From the NCBI GenBank assembly GCA_000708835.1, contig DF236963.1, positions 370,276 to 434,275 on the forward strand: 64,000 nt of DNA, in the 5' to 3' direction. How positions within the stretch are numbered: position 1 is the first letter of the stretch; each line of letters opens with the position of its first letter. The position numbers and the translations under genes were made by a program. The notes below the pieces were generated by a model. It saw nothing but the letters and a program-made list of their open reading frames with translations, was not told the origin of the DNA and made no database searches. Origin of the DNA: Klebsormidium nitens. Lineage: Eukaryota; Plantae; Klebsormidiophyceae. Positions 50,309 through 60,800 of the stretch are shown piece by piece.

Positions 50309-52897
50309 ATGGCCGCCAGACAGAGGTCTCAGCGGTCGTCCGACATCGATCCTGGCCCTAGAGATCCTCAGGACGAGTTCCTTGCCACTGGGCCAAGAAG
50401 GATAAGCCGTCGGAACAGTCGTGGCCGGGATGAGGAACATCTGCAGAGTGGGGGTCCCAAGACTGACCAGGAGAAAGCCCCCTCAGGAAGGAGGCTGCGG
50501 ATCAGGGGGGCTGTGCAGAAAACGGCGAGGGGGTGTGTGGAAGAGGATACTGAGGGTACGGACAGGATGAGCGGGAGGGGCCGGGGGTCACACAGCAAAG
50601 CAAGCAGCGGAGGGGAGGAGTCGGATGACGAACTAGGCGTGGAGGAGAACTTGTTGCAGACGCGCCGCAGTGACCGGGGCCGGAATGGGTTTGTTACTGC
50701 GGAGGAGGGGGGGCAGGGACAGTTCACGAAGAGGAATCCCAATTACGGAAAGCAGTTGCCGAGTGGGAGGGGTGCGATTATTGCAACTGGTGGTGCAGAT
50801 ATGGAGTGGTTTGATGAAGGGCGGGCAAAGGATAGATCTCGTGATGCTGCCGGGAGCAGGGGAAAGCAGTTCTCAGGGAAAGAGCTGATCACGAGAGCGG
50901 GGGGGCGTGGCAAGGTGCTGAGTCAGATTGGGCCTGGAAAGCCAATCCCTGGGCAGAGAAGAGCGCTTCCAAGCGGCTCGCGGGGGGGCTCGAAACCGGC
51001 GCTTGGGAAGGGTGGATTTGCTGAGGAAGCGTTTCATTATGCTAAGAAGCAGCCGAGGGCGTTGGAGCACGATCTCGCCAGCGGGGGGGAGAGTAGTGAA
51101 CTGTCTGAGGGTGAGGGAAATTCTGACGCAGAAGCTGACGGGTTTTCGTCGGATGAGGATCTGAAGCTGTCCCTGGTCGAGAGGAAGGACTCACCCGAGA
51201 GGGACGTGAGACCTGGGAAGAAAGCAATCAGACCGGTTGAAGAAGAGGAGGAAGTCTCAGAAGAGGAGTCTGATTCTGGGGAGGTAGAGAGGCAAGAGGC
51301 AGAAGCAAGGTCGAGAGCGGAGGAAGAGGAGAGGATCAAAGAGGAGGAAGAGAAAGAACGGCAGCGCGAGATTGAGAGGTTGAAGGAGATCGAGTGGCAG
51401 AAAGAGGAGGCGCGTCGGAGAGACGAGGAACGGAAGCGGGGGGAGGAACGGTGGCGGGAGGAGCGGCAGAAGAAAGAGCGCGAGCGGCGGAAAGAAGTGG
51501 AGCGGCAGAAGAGGGAAGCGGAGAAGCAGAAGGAGGAGAAGCGCGTTGCGGAGGAGAAGGCACGGGCTGCGAAGGAGGCGAAGGAGATGGCCGCACGTCA
51601 AGCGCAGCGGTCGAAGATGGACCGGCAGCTGAGCGTTTTGGAGCGGATCCAAGCGACGATCGTCGCGGCGAAAAAGGCGCGGACTGGGGGAGTCGGGCCG
51701 CGGAGGGCGCCGCCGAAAGCGGCGAAAGATGGGCCCAGCCCGGACGAGTTGTTGATCGACGCGAGAATCGTGAAGAAGCAGCGGTCCATTCAAACCTCCC
51801 CTCCGGTGGCGCCGAAGCTGAAGACGGTGCGTGTGTCGATGCTAGACATCGCAGCTGCGGCGGAAGAGATGAGCCCGTCGAGACCTCGCTCGGGCAAACG
51901 CAACGGCAGCCCAGGTGTGAACAGCCCCCTCGGTGCGAACAGGTCGGCCGGTGTGAATGGCTTCGAGGCATCAAGGCTTGGTGAAGGGTTGGAAGCGGAA
52001 CGGTTCACGAACGATCTTGGGGAAGGGGGAGGGAGTATAAACCGGGGGCCGTCAGTGGATTCGGTGCTCCACGGGATCCCCCAGGCGAAGAAGGAACCGC
52101 GCTTCATGGCCGGAGGGAGCTTCTCCGACGACTCCGACGAGGAGTCCGAGAAGCTTTTCACACCGCTCGACGAGGCGGACCTCCTAATGGATGTGGACAT
52201 GCCCGATACGGACGGGCACGGTGCACATGCGCCCGTAAGCGATGAGTCTTTGCCCATAAGCGGGGCGCATCTGGCTGGCGACGGGGTCCATATGCCGATG
52301 TACGGGGGAGTTGGTTTGATGGGCATGAAGCGGAAAGCGTTCGAGGAAGAAGCGGAGGGGGGTCTGCACTTGCGGGGGTTGGAGGACTACTCGGGGGATC
52401 TCTCGATGGGCCCTACCTGGCGAGGGGGGGGACCGTTCCCCCCACCTGCGTTCGGGGGACATCTCAATGCGGGGAAAGGAGGGTCGGAACGGGCCTCCAA
52501 GCAGTTGAGGAAACTGTACCCCGGGGGAGAGTGGCCAAACCCTTCATCACTGCGCCGAAACGAGAGTAGCCTCAGCATCCCGGAAACAGACTGGGTTGTT
52601 GATGGGGAGAACAGCGAGCACAGCGGCGCTGCGGGGGACGACCTGGAAGCGGATTATCACCCCCCCGGAGCAGCGGATGTCCAGCTGGAATTGAACGGGG
52701 GGGAGGGAAGCGAGGAGGATGACGTGGCAGGGTACCTGGCAGTTGACCATCAAGAAGATGAGGGGCTCGAGTATGACGTGGGTTCACCTCGGGGGGGGAG
52801 TGAAAACGGGGCGGAGGGGGGGAGGGTTTCTGGAGCGAATGTTGGTTTGGGACTTGGCGGGGGGGTGGGCATGCGGGCCAAGGCCAGGGTGGGCTGA
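50309..52897 (+). CDS. Hypothetical 862-aa low-complexity protein with a central E/R/K-rich coiled coil. True 3' end may be spliced further (see findings).
   Basis: 2.6-kb uninterrupted purine-rich ORF. An acceptor (ctctgcag) near 50159 and a GT-AG-bounded segment at about 49814-49878 suggest a spliced 5'UTR. No domain recognised. Confidence 0.8.
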   Translation: MAARQRSQRSSDIDPGPRDPQDEFLATGPRRISRRNSRGRDEEHLQSGGPKTDQEKAPSGRRLRIRGAVQKTARGCVEEDTEGTDRMSGRGRGSHSKASSGGEESDDELGVEENLLQTRRSDRGRNGFVTAEEGGQGQFTKRNPNYGKQLPSGRGAIIATGGADMEWFDEGRAKDRSRDAAGSRGKQFSGKELITRAGGRGKVLSQIGPGKPIPGQRRALPSGSRGGSKPALGKGGFAEEAFHYAKKQPRALEHDLASGGESSELSEGEGNSDAEADGFSSDEDLKLSLVERKDSPERDVRPGKKAIRPVEEEEEVSEEESDSGEVERQEAEARSRAEEEERIKEEEEKERQREIERLKEIEWQKEEARRRDEERKRGEERWREERQKKERERRKEVERQKREAEKQKEEKRVAEEKARAAKEAKEMAARQAQRSKMDRQLSVLERIQATIVAAKKARTGGVGPRRAPPKAAKDGPSPDELLIDARIVKKQRSIQTSPPVAPKLKTVRVSMLDIAAAAEEMSPSRPRSGKRNGSPGVNSPLGANRSAGVNGFEASRLGEGLEAERFTNDLGEGGGSINRGPSVDSVLHGIPQAKKEPRFMAGGSFSDDSDEESEKLFTPLDEADLLMDVDMPDTDGHGAHAPVSDESLPISGAHLAGDGVHMPMYGGVGLMGMKRKAFEEEAEGGLHLRGLEDYSGDLSMGPTWRGGGPFPPPAFGGHLNAGKGGSERASKQLRKLYPGGEWPNPSSLRRNESSLSIPETDWVVDGENSEHSGAAGDDLEADYHPPGAADVQLELNGGEGSEEDDVAGYLAVDHQEDEGLEYDVGSPRGGSENGAEGGRVSGANVGLGLGGGVGMRAKARVG

Positions 52898-55470
52898 AGG
52901 GGCCGTGCTCCGGATGACGTCAGCGGACGTGGGGCGGGTGACGTCAGCACATGCTAGGGTGGTAGATGCTCTGGAGGGAAGGATGAGGAAAGGGACGCGA
53001 ATTGCCCCCCCAAGCATTGCTCAAATTAATCAAGCTGAATCCCTCTTGGCAAGGTGAGTGGGCACTTGGCTGGGTTCGCTGCATCTGCACCAACGAGGTT
53101 CGGTTCTCGAAACACTTCATGCAAACGAAACTGAGGGTCCTGTTTCGAGGCCAGAAAGGTCTTCCCTTTCGAGCCTCTTCCTGGCGGTGCAAGCTGCTTG
53201 CTTGCAATTTGCACAAATATTGTCCTCTGCTCTCTCATTCTGACAGAAGAGTCACTATCTCTTTGAAGCAGGGTCAGCTTTTGCTGTTTCTTGTTCGACG
53301 CCCCGACTTGACATAGCGTCGTTCGCTGTAATTAAAGATTTTTAAGCACCATATTTGGTAGCGTGGTAGTCAGACGTGCGCTTCTGGTTCCTTGTTATGG
53401 GCGTCTTTCGGGGCCGAACTCAGATCCAAAACTGTGCGGAAGTTGCAACGTTCTCGCCTGGACTTCCCCCAAGAGTCCGCTCACACGAACCCCCATTCCG
53501 CCTTGGAGGTTGGTAGAGAAAATAATCCAAGCCAGAAAGGGGCGATTTCGGTGTGTAAAGATACCCCGTTAACATACTGTTACGAACACCACACGCCGTC
53601 TCTTGAGCGTGCCTCTTGGTTCTTTTCGGGAGTTGATAGCCCAAATGTCTTATCTGCAGTTCCCGAAAGATGTCGAACGAGTGCGTAGCAGACAAACGGG
53701 CTCGTCATCCGGCAGCCAGACATGAAGGGGGATCTTCGCGGACTTGTCTAGCGGCCCCAAGAGTAACAGCAGGCAGCAGAGGTCTAATGCAGGTAAGCTT
53801 GTGACTGTTGCGAAAAGCTCTTCTCTCCTTGGAGTGCTGGCTGAACTTATAGTTCCAACTAAGCTCGAAGGTTTTTCGGACCGCTTGGGTTACAGCGTTC
53901 TCCCAACTCTTGTCGGAAACGTAATGCTTCAGTGCGCAGTGCATGTAACCAATGTCTCGTAGTGGTGCGCAGTATCGACTGAGCGGACCCTGTTGCACTT
54001 GATGGGCCGATCAGGCAACTTCCATCGTGAGAAATTAAACCTGGAGTCCGTTTCGAGTCCTCCCGCAATCAATGATTGACATGATGCGCTATAGCCTGGT
54101 GTTGCAGCCCACGCTTCGTCTTTCTTTTTGAGCACGCGGCGAACTAGGTTCGTAACATAGCAGGTTGTCATAAGGTCGTGTTACCTGCAGATGGTCAAGA
54201 CTCTCAGGTTGATTGGCAGAGGGTAGCTCTTCTTGAGCATCTCAGTACCCAATCGTCTATGGGAAGCTGCGACACCACACACAGAAGCCAGACACGCAAA
54301 ATGTGCCGATTGGACTGCATAGTAGGCTTGCATGCTGCAGGTGCTTTGGATCCAAATTACAAGCAGACCCAATTGCGACTGGTTGCCAATCGGATAGCAC
54401 ATTTGAAAGTCGTGCCTACGTCCATCTGATGGTGTCGTTCGGACTGGTTAAATCTGCAAACTCTCTCATATGCTAATTAGGACTTCATGCAGCAGAGCAG
54501 CGCAAGCTCTTCGCTTGCTCGTCATGCAACCCAGAAGCTAGAGCGTCACAACAATATGGATTTGTCGGATTTGACAGAGTTCAAATGTACTGATCGTTGA
54601 GCAGGCTACCTAGCTGCATGCGTTAAATTGTAGCCATGGAGTAATTCTATATCATGCAGGCGAGCAACAACGGTAGTATAGCTAAACTTTAACCATGTAT
54701 CGTGTATGCGTAACGTGGGCAAATATAGGTACCACATTCCCCATATATGCACCGTCCTTATGCGCGTTATTTTGAGCTGTATGCCCTGACGCGGTCGACT
54801 TCAAACATCATATACACATTTGGGATATGATATGGTCTCTGATCGTCTTCGACCCAACCGTTGTTCAATCACTGTTATATAATTGCCGCGCCATGCAAAA
54901 TTGTATTACCGGCCCACCAGGACATATGAAGTGCTCCAGTCGATGGTGATGTGATCTATAGAAGGGCATGCAGGGCGCTCAATGAGCTAATTATTGATTT
55001 GTGCATGTAGCAACCTTGTTTGCAAGGAATGCCTGAAACATTATGCAACAATCAATGGAAGTGCACTATCAAGCTCTTCCAAGAAAGAAACTGCACATTC
55101 AATGATGAAACCACGGCAAATTGATTGGACCTTATGTTGCTTGTGACTACAAGCAGCATGCGTCCAGGCTCTAGTTCAACACACCACAGTGTACGTTAGT
55201 GTTTTTCTCGTTTCAGTATGTGGCTATGATGTATAGAAGCTACATCCTTTCTATGATAGATCGTTCTCCAGACCTAGACAACATTCTCGTCTAGTGGCTC
55301 CTAAGTCTACTATGCAAACAGAAACAAGGTGCAAGTACCTCGAAAACCCAACTTTGACCGCTTGGCAGTAAACCCCACCTCCCCTCCCCATTTTATCTTA
55401 CAACAGCTGACTAGTGCAATCGCAAACTGTAGGAAATGCGAATGTTACAATAGACCGGATCAAAGTCCGC

Positions 55471-58400
55471 CTACCAATCGTCGGGATAGATGCTCCTGAG
55501 CTTCTTTGTCGGCAGGTATTGACCGTCATCGAAGCTGGTGAAGAACTGTGACAAGAACAACAAAGGCGTCAGGAATCGAAACCACACGACCATGCTCCTC
55601 TGTCCTCCATACAGTGGCTTGGCCAAAGAAGCGTCTCATCCAGCTCTAATAACGGCTGAAAACTTAAGGTATCCCCAAATTGCGACAAGTGCCTTCACAT
55701 AGCAGAGGAGCCAAACCGCATCTAAGATGGTAAAACAGCAACGCCAAGGACCAATAATCCCACGATCCACGTGTGCCTCCTCCTCCTCACCATGTTTGTC
55801 CATGGGTGCAGGACCGGCCGCGGCGTGGGCTGCACTGACATGTTTTCCTGTGCGACATACGTCGACATACCCCCGGGGCGGTCACGGACGTCCACGAGCA
55901 CGTGGTAGAACGGCTGCTTGCGCCCCTCAGGGAGCGAGTCGATCTTCATTTGCTGTTGCCAGCCCTCGGGCGCAGAGCACTCGAGATCGTGCCCATAAAT
56001 GACACCTCGGTAGCCTGCGCAAAAGTTCCGCGCTCGTTCAGGAAACAAAACGTTTTGTTTTGACTACTTGTCACTTGATAATCTGACCTTTTTGATCGTT
56101 TTGGAGCTGGCCTTGCGGGAACAACTAAAATGCAAAGGGACTGGACAAGGATTGTCTTCCTTCCATTGAAGGAGGCCCAAACAGTGTTCAACTACAACCA
56201 GGAGTTGAGCACCAGACGGTACAAGAGAACTAAGATTGCAAGCAAGAGTCACTTTGGGGCTGAGTACTCCATAACTATGTACCAAAACAAGAAGCAAACT
56301 TTAGTGTGAAAAACGACAAGTCCTGTTTGCAGAAAGCCCGGGGGGGCCCGTACTGAGACAATCCAGTCGCATTACCCTAATCAAAGGCACTCCTCAGTAA
56401 AGCAAACTAGAGACGTTCACAATAGTGAATCGACTTGAACAACAACATCGGATAGACAATGAAAGCAGGGAAGCCTAGTCAGACCAGAAGGAACTCATCT
56501 AGTCAGAACCAGAAGGAACTCGGGTCAGAGCAGACCAGAGGATGATACAATAGGACACAGAAACATGATTCGATCAGATACAGAAGCAGAGCCAAATGTA
56601 AGAAAAGGAGTGAATCGAGATGAGAGCACGAGAAGGCTTGAAAGAGACAGTGGCCCTCACCATATTTCTTGTGCACGATGACATCCCCAATCCGGTACAT
56701 GGTCTGGGGCTGCACAGAAATCTCCATCATGCGCTTCTGCAGCGCAAGCATGCGCACACGGTCCCGCAACTGCCACAAAGAACGGTGCAAATGATCAGTG
56801 AGCAGAATTTTGGAGCTCTGTAACCCCTTAACATCTGTGGTGAAGAAAGATGACTGTTTCGCCGCATCAAAGAGGAATCGGTAGTTTGATTCTTTTCCTT
56901 CTCAAGTGTCGGAATGTAGTGAAGAAGAGGCTGTGATCAGGGACTGGCTGCCTGTCACTCTACCTACTATGGTGTCCCGTTTGATGCCCTAAAAGGCAAG
57001 GAGGCCCTCTTGAGTCTCTAGAAGAGGCTGACAATGACGTGTGTTGAGTCCCCAGCAATAGGCGAATGGAACAAGGAGAGGCTGCGGCTGCTCCTAAACA
57101 AAGCTAGTCCAAAAGTACGTCTCCTCACAAGAAGAACCAAGTTTCTTCAGAAAAGGTTTGTGAAATACCGAATCTATGGAGTGATCCATTGGACTGGATT
57201 GATGTCTACCGAAAGATACTTATGCTTTCTTCCTCAAGTTTTGAGTGGACAGCGCTCCGCCTGCATGCAGCTGCACTCTTAATTATAGAAAGTACACGCC
57301 ACAGCAGAATGCCGAATCCCTTCCTCAAAAACCTGAACTCGTTCTGCAGCGAGCTCTTATGCATGCTTTACTGACCCGCAATGCTGATTGTTCGTGTGCT
57401 CTGTACTTTTCTGACGTCAATGTGGGGCTCTTCGAACTGACATTGGACAAACAAAGACTTTTCATCCAAAGTGTCTGGATCGTCTCTTGAAGACCTGGTC
57501 CCGTAATCTGGATGACAAGACTTTACTACTCTGATGCCAACAGTGTGGCAGTTTGTGGACAGACGTGGCAGTCTTGCACAGAAAAGGCATCATAGAACAT
57601 GATTCTCTGATCCGGTTAAGCCATTGCATTCAGCCTTCACTCATTCACCCACAAAAGTCTGAATCTGGATTCTCGTACTGATTGGACAGCCAAAAAAAGG
57701 GCAATTGACAGTGTGTCACGCCCCCTTGAAAGGACCGGTAGATGGAAGTCACTCGAAGCAAGTCACTCCAAACAGCTAGAAGAGAACAATCTACAAATGA
57801 AGAGTTTCTGCTCACCTCTATGGCCTCCTCATACTTTTCTGCTTTGACCAGCCGGTCCAAGTCCTCTTCCAGCTCCGTGAGACTACACCGCAGCCTTTGA
57901 TAGTCTTCCTTTGTTTCCAATTCCTGCAGACAAAGGCATTCAATTAGCCCACGGCCTGGGGGCAAGGAGATGCTGAGACTTGCAACCAATGGCATGCAAC
58001 AGGGAAACTCACTTGGAAGATTGATAAAAAACAGCCAGCATTTGACATCAGAACCACTGGTGATTGAAAAATATGAGCCAGCATTTGACGACAGAAACAC
58101 TGGTTTACAACAATAATTCTGGACAAACTGCAATTGGATGCCGTCAGAACGAATAAAAAGGGGCAGCGCATTAACCCTATTGGAATCCGTCTGCAAATAA
58201 CGGTTGAAAATCCTGGGGCATGTCTTGAAGGCGACAAGCCAATGCCCCCAATCGTCCATCAAGCACAAACATCACATTCCATCTAAAATCCATCTAGAGA
58301 TACGAGGGCATCTCTGTGGGGAATTCTAGCTTCCGCAAAAACCACAGCCCCAAGTTGTTTTATCCAGTCCATCAAGCACAAACATTACATTCCATCTAGA

Positions 58401-59548
58401 ATCCATCTAGAGATACGGGGGCATCTCTGTGGGGAATTCTAGCTTCCGCAAAAACCACAGCCCCAAGTTGTTTTATCCAGAGTGCCTATCAAGCTTCGTA
58501 CCCGGACACCTTTCAGGCTCAGAACCTCTTGTACCCCAAACCATTCGCCTGGCTCGCTGCTAAGTATTAGCCCACTCAAAATCCCTGGGGATAAGCAGTT
58601 TGACGTCTGATACAAATCAAAGTATTAACAAAACACAACATGCAGTCTTGTATCAAGCATTTAGCACACAGCCTGAGCTTCGGCACACGGGCGTGCAACA
58701 ACAGCTCTGCAGATAGCCTGATGCTTATGTTGTTGGCCAGATTACTTGCATCAAGCATTTTGCAGGCGGCCTGACCCCTTCCAGATAACCTTGGCGGACT
58801 GTCTAAACTGTTTGCATGATTGATCACAAAGAGCTTTAGCCAACAAGTGCAAGACCCCTACCCCAGCTTACTGGTTAATGCTATCAATGTGCTAATCTTG
58901 CTGCGGACAGCTCATATGTTAACCATCATGCAAAATTCTGCACCAAACTTATGAATGAACACAGAGTTGACAACAAATTGATGAGCCAAATGATTGCGTG
59001 TCCTCAGCCCAGACTTCCTCCCCTACTGTAGAAGAACCCTTGAGCCAAAAAGACCTAAAGCAACGATCCAGCTACAGGCAACATGGCTGTGAAGTTTTAC
59101 AAGAGACCACAACAAAGCATAACCCAGCACAAGATTTCGGCTCCCTTGCCAATTGAGCCAATAGCAAGACTTTTGACAGGACTGATGTGACACTCACTTG
59201 TCTGAAAGTCTTGATTATTGTACACTCATTGCCAAATGAATTCCGCACGGATGAGTCTCCCTGGAAGTCCCCAGCCATGGATCTCGCCCCGTCCCCCTCA
59301 TGAGACTGGCAGGTGGCCCCCCCATTGTTCTCTCTTACCCGGCTGCCCTCTCCAAAAGCTGTGTTATGAACCAAACCCTCACCAAACAGGCTCTTCTGGA
59401 GGGGTTGCTGCCGCCTCAACAATGGGCCCCCTCCGCAACCCGAACAAGGGGACCGAGAGGCAGCTGAATTGATCTTGGGAGTTGCCCCCCTCAAGAAAGA
59501 GTTCCCTGCAAGCCCTTGCGACGCAGCGGCTTTGGCAAGGTGGGCCAT
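55471..59548 (-). CDS. Probable plastid-targeted UVR (UvrB/C) plus YccV-like/hemimethylated-DNA-binding domain protein, ClpF-related, 288 aa. Exons 59548-59198, 57923-57816, 56769-56661, 56014-55791, 55545-55471.
   Basis: Ala/Ser-rich N-terminus; UVR motif LEEDLDRLVKAEKYEEAIELRDRVR; YccV motif YRIGDVIVHKKYGYRGVIYGHD...QPFYHVLVD...TYVAQEN...HPW...FFTSFDDGQYLPTKKLRSIYPDD. Phases consistent (867 nt). Confidence 0.88.
56475..56542. repeat. Short degenerate tandem repeat (CTAGTCAGACCAGAAGGAACTC x2 plus a partial unit) in an intron of the UVR-YccV gene
   Basis: Seen directly. Confidence 0.8.
58254..58480. repeat. Recent 113-bp tandem duplication in intron 1 of the UVR-YccV gene
   Basis: GTCCATCAAGCACAAAC...GTTGTTTTATCCA starts at 58254 and again at 58367; three substitutions seen. 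Confidence 0.95.
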
Positions 59549-60800
59549 CTTCAGCAGGAGAAGCGCAAGTCAATCTGAATTGCAAGGGAAAAGGTGCAAA
59601 TGCGAAGCACGCCGCCAAAACGCCCCCCGCCCCCCCCGCCCCTTTGTCCGCTGCGAATGACTAGACCTGCCCTTTACCCGCCAGATTACCTACGCAGGGA
59701 TGGTGACCGGCCTCAAATGCTGCACAAAGGAAGGGGTTACAGCACGTGTGCGCCCTGCGCCCTTCTTCAGACTCCAGAGAAGTTTTCTTCCAAAATCGAG
59801 CACTCCTGAGCAGAGTCACAGCACACACGCACAAACGAACCTTCTCATTGACGGGGGAGAATCTGTGGCGACCAGATCTCCACCGTGGCCGCCAGCGAAT
59901 CAAAAAGAGGATATATTGTTTGTTCCAAAAGCCGTTCGATGGCCACTTTCTACAGATCGGACGGCTATAGAAGCTTGAAACTCGTGGGCTCTGATTCGCG
60001 ACTTCAGAGAACAAGCTGGTAATGATTGACATCCCAGGTCAACTTTGCAGGGGCCCTTGTTTACTGGTATCTGCGCGCGCCCACGCGGTCAACCATTACC
60101 GCGCCGCACTGTGACCCAAATTGAATGCTGCAGACTCAATGCCGCTCTTCTAGTTCTAAGAAGGGCCTAGCTAGCACATGCAGGGACGTAGAGGTCAATA
60201 ACTTTAAAGTTTAAGTCCTGCTTCTCTTTGCCACGTCCCTCACTGCTGGTGAAATGCAGCATTGCATTTCCCAAGTCTGATTAACAGCTGCTGATGGCTG
60301 GGACTGATTCAAAAAATCGTTGTTCACTTGAAGCGATTGGCACAAGAGAGCAAGCCGCCGCCAGTTGTTAGTTCACCGGAAGACCATATTTCTGTGGCAG
60401 ACATCAGGAACTACGACGTCCTACGCTGATCATGTGCTGAGCTGCCATGCACAGCGTGACGCACTCGTATGCACAGAAAGGGCTTACCGTGGAAGGCCTC
60501 AACAACTTCGGCTCCTCTCCACATCAGCGATCCCTTGCTGAGGACTCTTCTTACTCTACTCAATCCGATTAGGTTCACACCGGTGCTGCTAGCTTTAATC
60601 AAGGATTGCGAGGTTTCTGAGCAGGAAGTAAAACTTTTTCTCTTACAACTTCTCTTTCCAGCGACAAACCCGCCACCACCTATCCAGCTCAGCTCCTTGC
60701 TTTAGATTCAGGGCAGTCAGTGAACTGCGGCCCCCTGCCATGCTGCTCAATAGATCTCAAACTCCAATAGCAACACTGGGGGGGCACTTGCACACTTAGA

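Noticed and set aside
51037-52462. Several 100-212 aa overlapping ORFs on both strands
   Set aside because: Alternative frames of the purine-rich 862-aa ORF
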